Source: Callorhinchus milii (taxonomy: Eukaryota). Taken from it: DNA of 64,000 bases. The notes below the pieces were generated by a model. That model had not been told where the DNA came from, did not search any database, and worked only from the letters and a program-made list of their open reading frames with translations. Below, one piece after another: positions 39,234-51,749 of this stretch (position 1 is its first letter; each line of letters begins with the position of its first letter). The translations under genes were made by a program, and so were the position numbers. The stretch is from assembly GCF_018977255.1 (NCBI RefSeq), contig NW_024704755.1:1860001-1924000 (forward strand). Reading direction: 5' to 3'.

Positions 39234-39355
39234 TAATCCTTGTATGTGATATAGCGCCTTATCATGTCGTCGAGATGTCTCAAAGCGCTTCAGGGGATAT
39301 ACTGGAAAGTGGAGTGACTGTATTTTGTGGGCGAAACGCTACAGCCAGTTGCTCA
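39234..39355 (-). mobile_element. Older SINE A 3' fragment directly abutting the B copy
   Basis: aatccttgtatgtgatatagcgccttatcatgtcgtcgagatgtctcaaagcgcttca. Confidence 0.8.
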
Positions 39356-39429
39356 TAGTTAATAATACCAATAATATCAGTCAACAACAACTTGCATTTA
39401 TACAGCGTTCTTCACATAGGGGGAAACAC

Positions 39430-39780
39430 CTCTGTGACTTTGTCTCACATGGTGGCTTTGACCTCACAGTCTAGGCTGACACTCCAATGCAGTGCTGGGA
39501 GAACTCTCCATAAGACGTTTAAACTGTTCTGCCTGTGTAGGTGGGCATTAAGGATCCCATGGCACGATTCCAGTAGAGAAGGGTGTTTCTCCCACCCAGA
39601 TAAAATTGGTCATACACTTCATGGTTGCTTGTAGGACATCGCTGTGTGCAAATGGGCTCCGGCATCCGCCTATAAGTCCAGTCACTACACTTCACAGTAA
39701 AATCCTTCACAGTAAAACTCCAAGTTGAGACATTTTGACAACATGATAAGGCAACATATCAATTGCAAGGATTATTTTTT
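39430..39780 (+). mobile_element. DeuSINE-like element (family C)
   Basis: GTCTAGGCTGACACTCCAATGCAGTGCTG...AGACGTTTAAAC...GGTGGGCATTAAGGATCCCATGGCAC...GCTGTGTGCAAATGGGCT...GCAAGGATTATT. Confidence 0.75.
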
Positions 39781-40559
39781 TCATGCGTTTATTTAGTCCC
39801 ATTCCTCTGCCCTTTCCCCACAGTGACTCAGTCATGTGAGCAATATCCTGCACATGTCTGAGTCACGTTGCTCATAATGTAAGTTGAGATAACTCCACAA
39901 TGGCAACTCTGAAAACCTCCGTGAATAAAAATCCAAAATATATTTAAAGTCCCAGATGTGGAAGTGACTGCTAAGGGCAGTAATACAATCCCAAGCTTTA
40001 GATAGCTCCCATAAACCGTGTTGAATTCCCCTCTCTCATGGTTTATGGCTTTATCTCTTCATTGTAACGATGTCTTGTAACTCCTTCCTCCTATCCATTC
40101 CTCGAAATATTTCACAGTCAACGGCATTTCTCAAAGGCCAAATGGAGAACCGCTTAGTGGAACCATTCAGTTTGAAATGACTTTACGCGTGGCGTGCTGA
40201 AGGGGGCGAAGGATGGTAAGAGTCACGTTCCTGTCCCCGCGAGCCAAGTTACCAATCTTAGCCGGGCCATTGGTAGAAGGTTTCCGTGCAGAAGCCAAAC
40301 ACTGCGCCACACGGAGCAGAGAACTGTGGGCTAAGCTTAACTGCTCACATATGCCTCCTAGTGGCCAGCTTCAGCACTGCCGAAGGTTCGCAAGGCAAGT
40401 CCACCTTTCTGGATGGAGGCGTTGGGGGCAGGTGACGAGGTTCAAAACCGAGAGGGAAGAAAAATAATGCTTTAAATAAAAATGTTTTTTTCAAAAAGAA
40501 AAAAAATTGGTCCTCATTGACCTCTTGGATACATTTTACACGATCACGTAATTGTCGTA

Positions 40560-41012
40560 TAACAATACTCTCTGCCGTGTCAAAATATGTCGAGACACTT
40601 TGCAGGTTAATTGCTGCCAACTGAAGTGACGGTGGACTTGTGTGCAGCCAATTTGCACACATCAACAGAGTCAGCGACCATTTAATCTAGAGGAATGCTG
40701 GCCAGGGCACTGGGAGAAACTCCCTCCTCTTTCGGAATAGAGTCATGGGATATCTAACATTTGCCTTAACAGAAAGACAGAACCTCAGGATCATGTTTTC
40801 TCCTCCCAAGGAAGATATTTTCGACAAAGAAGCGTCCCTCCCAATATTGGAGGGTCAACCTGGGACCCCAATCTTATGGTCAAGCACTCCAGGTCACTAC
40901 CTTGTGTGAAGGGCGCCATATAAATGCAAGTTGTTGTTATTATTATCCTGACATGAGTCGGAAAGCCACAATCTTCTGACCCAGAGGCAAAAGTGCTCCC
41001 GACTGGGCTGCG
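40560..41012 (-). mobile_element. DeuSINE-like element with an oppositely oriented tail fragment (about 40900-40945) inside
   Basis: gcagccaatttgcac...tggccagggcactgggagaaactccc...catgggat...ccacaatcttctgacccagaggcaaaagtgct; insert GGCGCCATATAAATGCAAGTTGTTGTT. Confidence 0.7.
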
Positions 41013-41074
41013 CTGACAATTCCCTGATTCCAGAAGTAATAAGGCGAATATCATCAGGGATTCTCACCTCTTAC

Positions 41075-41139
41075 CTACTTTCTCATCTTTGAAGAAAGTT
41101 AAATTCGGCCATTTATCGCCAGGTTTGAGAATCTCCCGC
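41075..41139 (-). other. Candidate 65-nt minus-strand exon (REILKPGDKWPNLTFFKDEKV)
   Basis: GCCTTTTCTCTCTTAAG| ... GTAG|GTAAGA; ends in phase 1, compatible with the 10122 exon. Confidence 0.2.
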
Positions 41140-42762
41140 CTTAAGAGAGAAAAGGCTGATAGCAACACAGAGTGTGAATAAACCCAGGCAATGTTCCCTG
41201 GTTCCAAGGACCAGTTATTGACTGGAGCACAAAGCATCAATTATAAAAGCACCCAAAAGGTCAGGGAAGCCGGTGAAGCATGAAGACAGCTGCAGACCAC
41301 TTCCATCGCTGTCTCTTCTCTCAGGGTATTATTCCCACATCTTCTGCGTCTCTTTGAGTCAATGGTTTATTGGTGGCGCTACGGCAGAAGCTCAAGTTGG
41401 ACTGAGGCAACTGGAAATAAACTGCGCTGGAAGGCTTGACCTTTTGAATTGAGGGCAGCAATGGAAGCTACCCTGATATATGAGAGATGATCAAGAACTC
41501 ACTCTTACGTGGGCAGCTCATCCAATGAGACCTGCGATAGTGCAAAGAGTTTAGAAACCCACAAAGAAGCAGGGATACAAACTGGAGAAACTTAACTTTA
41601 CAGGAACTTTACCAAAAAAAACTCTTATACACTGGATCTAATTCACCATATTTCTTGATAAAGTACCCCATTAAAATTCTTAGACATCTGTAGGAACTAC
41701 ATTTCAAAATGTGGATTGGGACCAATATCCTGTGAATTGGTATGATTTGCTCAGGTGTCCAGGAGCGGCCTCCCGAATGAATGGCTGTAATTTAATTTTT
41801 TTAATCCCATCAAGAAGTTATACCCGATTTCTAAATTCAATCCTCTGGATCTGGTGAGTGGGAACTGAGGAGAACAGGCAATGTTGGGGCTAAGATCAAT
41901 GACAGCGTGTGTGTGTGTATGTGTATGTGTGTAATAGCACGCACAATCTATTCAATTAGAATCAATAAGGCAAAAATCAAAAGAAAATTAACACAAGACA
42001 ATGACAACTGTTTCCCAGACGTTATTTGGTTAAAACGGAAACTGCAGAAAAGGTGGACAGAAAACACAAAAAGGAGGATAACTGGGTTAAGTGATGTTAT
42101 GCTGAGAGTGTGCCAAGCCCTGTACGTAATGTTATACATCCGCCTTTTATATTAGCCCAGTGTTTGTACTGGAGTGTGTACAACATCTATCAGTCTCACA
42201 GGCTCCAGCAGAGATCTCCCATCTGGGCCGGTGTTTGAGTGAAAGGCTTGTCTCGCTCCTTTCAGGTGATGGCAACCACATTGTGCGAGTGTGCCTGCGG
42301 ACCGGCTTGTGTTTCTAAAAAGGGAGACTTCACCCTTCATCCCGTGCCAATCAATGCCATTAAAACCGAGACTACAGGGTGAACGCAGCCAGAACAGCGC
42401 ACGGTGCAGGGAAAGGCAAATACAAGCTGATCTTTAGCACGCAGAGAAACTCAGTGATAGAGCATTGCACCCTTTTACTAGTGCGAACTTGAAAGAGACA
42501 CAAATGAGCTCAGAGGCGGCCTGGGTAACGCTGGCATTTTGCGAGGTTGGTGAAAGGATTTGTAGGTGATAAAGTGCGGATGGGATGACGGTCGATTTTC
42601 TTGGAATTCAATCTGGGGTTCGATTCCCTCGGAGTTGCATTTGCAGCAGAGATGCATCCAGGAATCGCTCCTTTGCTACAAATTAAACCCCGACACAAGA
42701 CCTTTCTCACAACGGGAAGATAATTAAACATCAGAAGCTACCAACGAGTATATTTTGTGTCC

Positions 42763-42865
42763 CGCGTTTCGCCCACAAAATATAACGTCAATCCTGTGAA
42801 GCGCTTTGAGACGTCTCGAAGACTTGATTAGGCACTATGTCAAATACAAGGATAATTGTTATTAT
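42763..42865 (+). mobile_element. SINE A 3' fragment
   Basis: CGCGTTTCGCCCACAAAA...GTGAAGCGCTTTGAGACGTCTCGAAGAC. Confidence 0.75.
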
Positions 42866-43556
42866 TCTTTACACTTTGTCCGGCTCGGGGGTAGAAAAGG
42901 AGAAGAAAGGTCTGCCTGAAAACCCAGCAGGTAATCGAGAGATAATGATAAGGGGGGGGGGGGTGGGCAGTGAAACCAATCGCGGCGACGGGCAAAATAG
43001 AAAAGGAGTTGTTTATTATAATTCCAGAATGGTGTTCAATATCAGATCGAGCCAGCGCTGGCTGGCCTCGACTAACCACTTGACAAAAGCCATCACAAGG
43101 CTGCCATTAACATCAGAAAACAGTGGAGGGCAACTGTCCAGATGAACTCAAAATCAATCAGCCATCAAATTCTGATGCTTGTTCAGGCCTCTGGGTGGCA
43201 TTTTAATTAGAGGCACAGTGGGCAGGTGCTGTGGCTGGTGATATTGACACTAAGCCATGCAACAATAAACTTTATTGGCAACTCGTATCTGATTGAAGCT
43301 TCGAACCGGCATAAAAAGCAAATGGGTGAAGCTGGATTCAGCGAGCTGATCATTAGCACTGAACGTTACACACTTTCTCCTGGCTTTCTCTCTGAATAAA
43401 ACTGCAGACAGACCTGACACGACCACAGCTTTTATCGAGGATATTTAATCTTTTGACCAGCTCAAATACTGGTAACATGTGATGAAGCAGCTCAGGTTTT
43501 TTTTCCTCTGGTTTGATTGCGTGCCTTCTGTCAGGAACATTTTAATGGGCAGGAGG

Positions 43557-43620
43557 CAACAACAACAACAACAAAATTACATTTGTATAGCGCCTTTCAC
43601 GTCGGGAGGACGTCCCAACT
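43557..43620 (-). mobile_element. L2-type tail, (GTT)n variant
   Basis: caacaacaacaac...catttgtatagcgcctttcacgtcgggaggacgtccca. Confidence 0.75.
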
Positions 43621-43682
43621 GTGTGAACATTAAAAATTAACATTAAAAAGAAACAATTCAATTGGCTTCAACATTAATTTCC

Positions 43683-43940
43683 TAATAATAATAATAATCC
43701 TGGACATTTGATGTAGCGCCTTATCACATCGTTGAAACGTCTCAAAGTGCTTCACAGGATATGCCATCAAGTGAATTGTGAGCAAATAAATAAATAATAA
43801 TAATCCTTGCATCTGATATAGCACCTTATCATTGATAACAATGATTATCACAATGATTAATTGATTATTTATCTGAGCGAAACATGGCAATTGCGTTACA
43901 GCAGTCCCCCACAAACAGTCGTGGACTGAGTGACCGAATT
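43683..43940 (-). mobile_element. SINE A 3' half with a second tail fragment nested at about 43790-43832
   Basis: Two successive aataataatcct(t/g)...tagc(g/a)ccttatc tails; body resumes gcgaaacatggc...cccacaaacagtcgtggactgagtgacc. Confidence 0.7.
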
Positions 43941-44529
43941 ACGAACAATGGCAAGGGCTTGTTTCATTTTATTTAACTCCCTTGATTTTATTTGGAAGCA
44001 ACTTGGGGTCGGATTGTATTAAATGACGATATATTGAGCCAAGGTATCGAAGAGATTCTGATCTGCTCACAGAGAACGTCTATGACAATTAAATCCACTA
44101 TGCCTCCCAGTGGCTACTGTGTAAAATGTACTGAGCTCAACACCACGCAGCATTTCACCTAACGGAAATCCTTATGTAGCTTCGCGCCTCAAAAAAACCC
44201 TCACAGCCGGTTGCCGAGGACGCAATCCCTCCCTAATCGAATTCTGGCTCGGGGGGAAAATCATCACCAAGAAACGTATCTGTTTTCCCACCCCCTTCCC
44301 CCCACCCAAAAAAAAAAACATCTTCCAACCTGGAACCTTCCCAGGAATCAAGTTTCACTCGGTTTACACGTAGGTTTTTTTTTAACAAACCTCTTAACAT
44401 CTGTGCGTCCTTGCACACTCACCGAATTTTTATAGATTGTGAACCTTGCAGCACAATTAGCACTAAACGTGTAAGAGGCCCAAGTCGTGGCTGCCACTGA
44501 TACTGTCGGACTGGTGCTTATTACTGGGA

Positions 44530-44695
44530 GTCACTTCATAGTTGTTTGTGGAACTTTGCTGTGCGCAAAATGGCTGTCGGATTTGCCTGCAAATACACAA
44601 TCCCTGTGCTTGACAGCAAATACCTGCAAAGCTTTTGGAGACGCTCTGACATTCCAAGCGATGCATCGGATGCGAGGATTGTTATATTATTATTA
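44530..44695 (+). mobile_element. Deu-type SINE 3' half, degraded
   Basis: GTTTGTGGAACTTTGCTGTGCGCAAAATGGCTG...GGATTGTTATATTATT. Confidence 0.65.
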
Positions 44696-46609
44696 ATATG
44701 AACTTCAGGGTCCCATGTCTGAGTGATGATGAATCGCTGGCTTTATACCGGAGCGATTGTGCCTGGTGCCAAGCGGCGTGGAACAGTTGGGCTCCAGCAC
44801 AATTGGCACCTCGATAGCCCTGCGAGATCCTGAATCAAGTTGCTCTTTTTATGGCGATTTGCCACGGCGAGCGCAGTGTTACCCAGGCACAACAGGAACA
44901 GAAAGCAGCAGGGAGCAAGAGGAGCCAAGGAGGAATGAACAGAACAGTGAGACTGAGCAGGGAACAGGACCAGAAGACAGCCAGATGCATGCAGGAGAGG
45001 AACAGATCAGGCAGGGAGACAGAGAGGAGCTGGAAAGAAAGTGTAAGCAGCGTAGCAGGAACAGAGTTTCAATCTAGTGCCAACTCTGTCACTTGAGACC
45101 CGTAAACCACCAAACACAAATCTATCAAGTGCAAGTTTAATAGCCTATAACAAACATCAGGAATCTGGGGGGTATTTTGGTTCACATGCAACTAGAAAAT
45201 ATGCAGAGCTGCCACTTATGCTGGGAGCCAAGACAGTCAATGCCAACACAAAATAGCAAAGTAAGGATAGGGTTAACTTGGTGGCACAAACAGTAGGTAA
45301 AACACACTGTAGGTCGCAACAAACAATGAACCTGCCAAGAATTTACGTGCGAGTGTGTGTGGTGTTTGTGTGTTGCAGCAGCCAGTGAATCCTTTTTTGC
45401 ATAAAGGAATAAGACTGTTTTGTGCTGCTTTAACTTCTGGTACGTCTGATCATATCAGCAATCGCTGAGGAGAGGTCTCACAGTGGGTAACTCGGAGGAG
45501 ATATCGCAGTAATGATCTTGAGATGAAGCTTCAAATGAGACAAATTGACTTTGTGCATTTTAAACCAGTCACATGCCAAAATAAGAATATACGAGGCTTT
45601 AAGGAACCACAGAGAAGTGACACTCTTTAGGCAATCAGTATATAGGAACAGGTTTCATTCTCGGTTGCCCTTTCAGAGGAACGGGGTAAGGATAAATCCT
45701 CACTGTATTTACTATCTATAATGAAACTCACTGATAGTGAGCAGTTCTCTACAGCTCTTTAATTAACAATTCTTAAAAATGCTATTTTTCTTGCCTTTTG
45801 CCGATTGCCTAAGAGTAAGTGATGCTAAACGGTACAACCCTTATAACTGCGGGTTCCTCTATTTCGTTTCACCTTTTCACTTCTAAAAAGCCAAAGCTCT
45901 GAACGGAACAGCGAACTTTAATAAACTTGTTCGCTGATAATTACAGGCGCTGAATAATTTATCAGGTTGATCTTGAGACGGCCTTTGTCTTCCAAAGGCA
46001 ATCCACCCTGGCTGACACCCTGAGTAAGTTGGCAAATAACCATAGCAAGCCTAGAGTGTAAGTGGATTTTCCCTCAATAATGTATGAGGCACATGCTGGG
46101 TCGTGGAATCTTCACAAAAGCAGTACAACAGCAATCTGTTCCTTTCATCGAAAGCCAGCGTTGAAGTGGAGGTGCTGCTCCGAATCAAAAGCACAATCAC
46201 TCATTTGCGAGCAGATGTCCTTCACTCGACAGTGGTAGTTTGTATCTGGTGCGACTCTCCCACTGCTGTGAAACATCTCTTCCTCCCAATTTACAAAGGN
46301 AAAATTGCTTGTTGCAATAACTTACCGCGCCGTTTAGCAGAATTAACCCAGATTGGCGTAACTCTAACATGTTGTCAGGAAACGTGCGAGCGAGCGAGCG
46401 GGTTTGTGTGTAAACACGCAATGAATTCCATATGCAAATTGTCGCAGAAGCAATGCGACCCGTTTCAAATATGTTTAACGGTTTAGGAAAGAGTGTCAAA
46501 ACTGACACCGCGTGTCACACACACAATAAAATATGCTTCTGTTAGTTTGGCAGTCTATATCTGTATGGAATTAAGCCACTTCCTTCCTTGCTATACGGAT
46601 GCTAGAAAT

Positions 46610-46965
46610 GATAATAAGAATCCTTTCATTTGATATGGCATCTTATCACAAGTCTTCGAGAGTCTCAAAGTGCTTGACAGAATATACTGTAAAGTGAATT
46701 AGTGCAGATTTTGTGGGTGAAACGTGGCAGCCAATTGCACACAGCATTGTCCCACAAACAGTCGTGGATTGAGTGACTACATTTTTTTTCAAGGCATTTT
46801 TACCCCTGGAAAAGTGATCTGCCAATCGACTAACTAATCGGGTTCCTAATTACTGCTGGTTAAACAGAGCTGCGTAGAGTAAGGAAACTCGCCCTGACCG
46901 TGAATCGAACCCAGGTCCTCTCGCTCGTGAGGCGAGCGCTCGAACCAATACATTCCAGGGCTCCA
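46610..46965 (-). mobile_element. Full-length intermediate-age tRNA-SINE (subfamily A)
   Basis: rc: GAGCGCTCGCCTCACGAGCGAGAGGACCTGGGTTCGATTC...TTTCCTTACTC...CTCTGTTTAACCAGCAGTAATTAGGAACCCG...TTAGTCGATTGG...GTTTGTGGGACAATGCTGTGTGCAATTGGCTGCC...tail. Confidence 0.85.
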
Positions 46966-48619
46966 CCAAATTAATCCCCCCCACCGTATCAGAAGCTCAA
47001 CGTAAAGTAATAGACGCAGTAAAAAACATAACCCTTACGGGCGGGCAGGTTGTTGACTTCTATCTACATTTCCAGCAAGACGTTCCTTTTTTAAGCGACT
47101 CACATTTCATAGCAGCGAGGCCGAACTTGACCACTAACAGATGGTGGCTCAGCCAAGACCCGAGCGAAATATTATCCTTTGAAAAGTTTGCTCGATAAAA
47201 ATGGGCGGGCGAAAGCTCCAGAAACGGCACCTCCACATCGGTTGGGAGCCGTGCGTATTTGCAACGGCAGCTTTTGCAGCAAACGCAATCTACCGGCGGA
47301 AGGGCTTAGATCTTGAAGCGTTTGTCATAGCGTTTGTCAAGCTAAACATATGGCGTCCTGGCTCGAACAGCAGTGTAAAGGGTTAAGGGAATCAAACAGT
47401 AGGGGATTTCCTCTGGCTGTCTGGAATGACACTAAAGGATTGCAAATCAACTCAACACAAGTGAAGGCAACTATGTGGGACACCTCAGTGGGTACCAGAC
47501 AGAGGCATACTGGTGTGCATTAGAAACACAGATATCACAACACAAGGGAAAAGAAAGTAGAAAAGAAAAATCAGGCAGTTCCAATTTTACATGAATTCAT
47601 TGCTGATTTTCTCTCTGCTGCCTTAAGGATCAACCGAGGCAACAATAATAATCCCTGAATTCGGTACAGTCCTGTGGGCAGGAGGGCGAATTGTTCATGA
47701 GGCAATAAAACTCTTGTTGGCAGCGAAAATAGGTCTCTGCATCTTGTGTGGTTCCCCTTAGTAATGGGTAAATGCCTGCTCACCACTCAGCTCACCATAT
47801 GGATCTCATCAAACAGTCAATTCACTTTACAGTCTATTCCGTGAAGCGCTTTGAGACGCCTCGAGGATTATCAAATGTAAGTATTATTATAAAACTCTCC
47901 ATTGTTCTCCAAATGCAAATAGATTTCCAATCAGTCTAATCCTCACTGACCATAAATCCACAGATCCTCACACCAACAGCCTCTTTACCTTCCAGTTTTT
48001 TCGATTCACTAAGATATTTTTTTGTACCGTTCGCTATGCTTAAACACTGGAGCCAAGCCACACACACTCTGAGTCTCCCGCTGTACCAAATTAATGGCCA
48101 ATTAATAGTTAACTAAGTAATCAATTATACACAGAGGAAAAAGAGTGTCCACATAAAACTAACAATTAATTTCTAGAAATCACTCCTACTTTTTGGAATG
48201 TCATCTCGGAGCGAGTCAGTGTAGCAAAGCATGAATGCTTCAATTTCCCCGTTTTATTTTCACAGAAAGCCCAGAGGTTAGGTTTAATAAGGATCAATGG
48301 CAGTTTATCTGGGACACAAGCTACTTCAGAACGTGCAAATTAAAACCAACACTTGAAAGAAATGGATTTAATTAAAAAATGTAGAGCCACAGGCTTTGTA
48401 AATTCAATTAAAGGATTTATGCAAAGGTTCAGTGGTTGTTTTTTAAGTTGCCGCCTATGTAATGAGCTCTTCATATATAAAATCAATAGGTAATCTGGGA
48501 CAGAAGATGATTCCTTAAAAACATTTTAAAATCAATTTAAAAACACAGGATCAAGCAAAGAGACATGATCCAGAGCCCCGCTTCCACTGCTCCAGATAAC
48601 AATGGCAGCACAAGGTACG

Positions 48620-48900
48620 GTCTAATCTGACGCTCCGATGCAGTGCTGGCCGAGCCTGTGAGGTTCCATATCTCAGCTAGGTATTAAAGATCCCACAGCA
48701 CTGTTTGAAAAGAAGAAGCAAGTTTTTCTCTCTCCCAGTGGCCTGGCTGACAATCTTCCAGGTAAAATTAGTCATTCACCTCACGGCTGTGCGTGGGAAC
48801 TTGCTCTGAATAAAATGGCTGCCACGTTTGATGACAAAAACAGTCACCACACCCGCCGTAAATTACTGTGAGATTTTGGCTTTATAAAAATGAACATTTC
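48620..48900 (+). mobile_element. DeuSINE-like element (family C), degraded
   Basis: TCTGACGCTCCGATGCAGTGCTG...TAAAGATCCCACAGCACTGTTTGAA...AAAATGGCTGCCACGTTT. Confidence 0.7.
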
Positions 48901-50257
48901 TTTCTTTAGTTACACACAATGTGTTCCAGAAAGTTAACCCATTCAGCACTCCAGGATTTATCTCAAAGAACGGCGCAAGGTTAAGCTTTCAAGCTCACTT
49001 CTATTCAGAAGAATATGGTTTCATAACGCAGTGATCTTCACATCATGTTTTATTATGCACACTTTCTCCTTATAATGATCCTTGCCGCAGGGGGAATACA
49101 GCATCCCAATGAAGTGTGGAGAGTGTATTAAAGGTGGAAGCAGAACAATAGTTAAAGGTGTGCAAGACACACAGCTATCAATAAAATATTTATTTGGACA
49201 GCTACTGAAACAAAAAAATTGCCTTCTGTCTCCCCTTCACGCACTGTGTGAAATCTTACTCCTCATTAAGTTTGGTAGTCTGTGTCGCAAGCCTCCGTTT
49301 TGCCTTTTAAAAGCACTTTGTAGCAAAGAAAATAATCATGAGTGTCATCGCATCCAATTTGTCTTTACAAATACAAAGCATTGATCACTGAATTAAATAA
49401 CAGCTGTTCAACTGAGAGCTCACTTTACCTGTCTCACATTGCCTCAACACCCTCCCTGCCTTCCACAGGAGGGATTCATGTGGAAAGTATTGAAACATAA
49501 TCTCGTCTGCTCTACAGAACCCGCTGGTGAGAAAACGCACATCCTTGAGTGAAATTTTGCTGGATTAAAAATATTCCTCGTGCGGTCTTCTCAAGGTTAT
49601 ACTTCCCTTGGAATCCTAAAAAAAACAGCTAATAATTGAATCCATGTACAGTAACCACTCTAATGAACAATCAAATGTTCAGGCATTTACTTAACTGCTT
49701 TGAATTTATCTGACAGTATCATAACTATGCAATTATATTCAGTTAGCTCCAATCATCACTATAATAGTCTAATTTTGGGGTTTCTGTTACATCAACACAC
49801 ACTTCAAATGCCATATAATCAGTGTAAAGTACAACCTTCCCTCCATACTTAACTACTCCAATTAATTGACACATGGTCCCATTATTTGGATCACAATTTG
49901 CCTTATAACAGAAGGCTATTATGATGGGCACCTTTGGACAGGTTGTGTGCTAACTCTGATTGACTAAGAAAACAAACAGTACAGCTGGCCTTTTCCAACT
50001 ACCAGATAACCACTCGCCATCTCATTCTTTTACTTTCAGACTCGTGCGATGTCAGAAAACGGACTCGAGACAGACTCTTGGAACGGTCGTCAAGGCACAA
50101 AACCCCATGATAATTGAAAGTTAAATGTAAGGGGCTGGAGAAGCCAACTGTGAATCCTCTGGTTGCTGTACAGTTATGCTAACCTTGACTGGTTAGCTAG
50201 TTGAAAGGATTCTAATTGATTTTAAAAATCAAATCAAGGTGTGAAGGATGCAAGAGA

Positions 50258-50261
<4 letters not shown>

Positions 50262-50288
<27 letters not shown>
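50262..50288. repeat. (GA)n microsatellite
   Basis: Perfect GA run. Confidence 0.9.
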
Positions 50289-51620
50289 CTGATCTCAAAC
50301 CCTCTCAGATCTCCCTTCAAAATCAGCAGTTCTCACAGAGAATAATTTTTTTTAAAAAAGATGTCAAACGGGAAATAAAAGGCCCGATGTAAAGCTCCAT
50401 ATTTTGCACATTAAAGGCTGCTCCGGTTTACTATATGTTTAAACAAGTGCCGGTGGTAGGAATTTTACCCTTCAAAATCCTTTCAGCAAGTGGAATGTGC
50501 AGCACGATATGTTACCGAAAAAAAATCCACAGGAAAACATGCAAAGAGAAAAGGCCATTGAGCTCAGCAAGTCTGGCCTTTCCACAAACTTTTCAAAGGC
50601 TTTTACCCAACCTCTGTCCCCTGGAGGAATATCCTGGATCTCAAAGGTAATTACACCTCCAGAATATTCAACCATCCACTATTTAATGCACCCGCCTGCC
50701 AGCCTAGTGGTGCCATCATCTTTCTCTCCCACCCCCTCCCCCTCAACCATTCCTGCAAACACAATATTTGTCCATTTGAGTCTGTACCAATATGTGCGGC
50801 TTGCGCTCGCAACGAAACAGTTCCTCCGTCTCCTGGAATTTTTTTTGGGGGGGGTTTAAAAAGTTTATTACATTTAAAAATTAAATTTGATCTATTTCTA
50901 ACTTGCATGACATTTCAATTCCCATGATAAAAGAGCTGGAACATCAGGAAATTTTCCAGTTCTAATGGCGAGAATTAGAATTTCAGCCCTGTAGCGTGTA
51001 CGTATTAACTTAAGTTACTGACTCCGAGTGCATAAAAACACGCATCGCTTCTCAAATGAAATGTCACACTTAAAACTAATTGAAATGAATTAATCAATTC
51101 CCTGCAGAATCAAGTGAAGTTAATATGTTAGAATGTAGTCCTTGATAGGCCCGTCCCACTCCACTGCTCAGCGCTGAACTCTACAGCTCTATTCCTTGCA
51201 TTATTATTTTCCGTCGAAGGGAAAAAGAGGGCAGGGGGGAATAAAATATTTAAAAAGTTTTGTAAGCCTTTTTTTTGCCAATTTAGTCTTTTACAGTGAT
51301 TTTTTTTAATATATATATATAAAAAAATATATGTATCTATGGGAGGGGGCCTGACTTTGAAGTACAACATATTCTAAATCTTGTAGTCATTAATTATGGT
51401 ATCAGCTGGCTGACAAAGTTGCGCAGAGCTCAGTGCTGTAGTTTTTTTTTAATTGCAGCAGGTGCTGTGGAACGAAATTGATGCCGAGCTCCTGACTTGC
51501 CACCTGAATTCGGAGCGGATAGTGATTTCAGTGCATCGGCAAAGGTCCTTCTCTTCCGAGAGAGGGGTTCTGTTCCGCGTTGAGAAATCACTGCTCTTCA
51601 TTCATTGAGAGGTTATCTGT

Positions 51621-51749
51621 ACATTTGTGTCATTTTACATAAAGGAACCACAGCAACAGATCCTTGACTGCCTTGGATCGTTCCCCCGACCGTGAAAGGC
51701 GCTGTACAAATGTGATCTGTTGTTGTTGTTGTTGTTGGAGGGCACTTAA
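51621..51749 (+). repeat. Direct repeat unit 1 (unique flank + L2-type tail + flank)
   Basis: ACATTTGTGTCATTTTACATAAAGGAACCA...GCGCTGTACAAATGTGATCTGTTG...GGCACTTAA repeated at 52580. Confidence 0.9.

Noticed and set aside
46280-46280. Single N base
   Set aside because: Assembly ambiguity with no biological meaning
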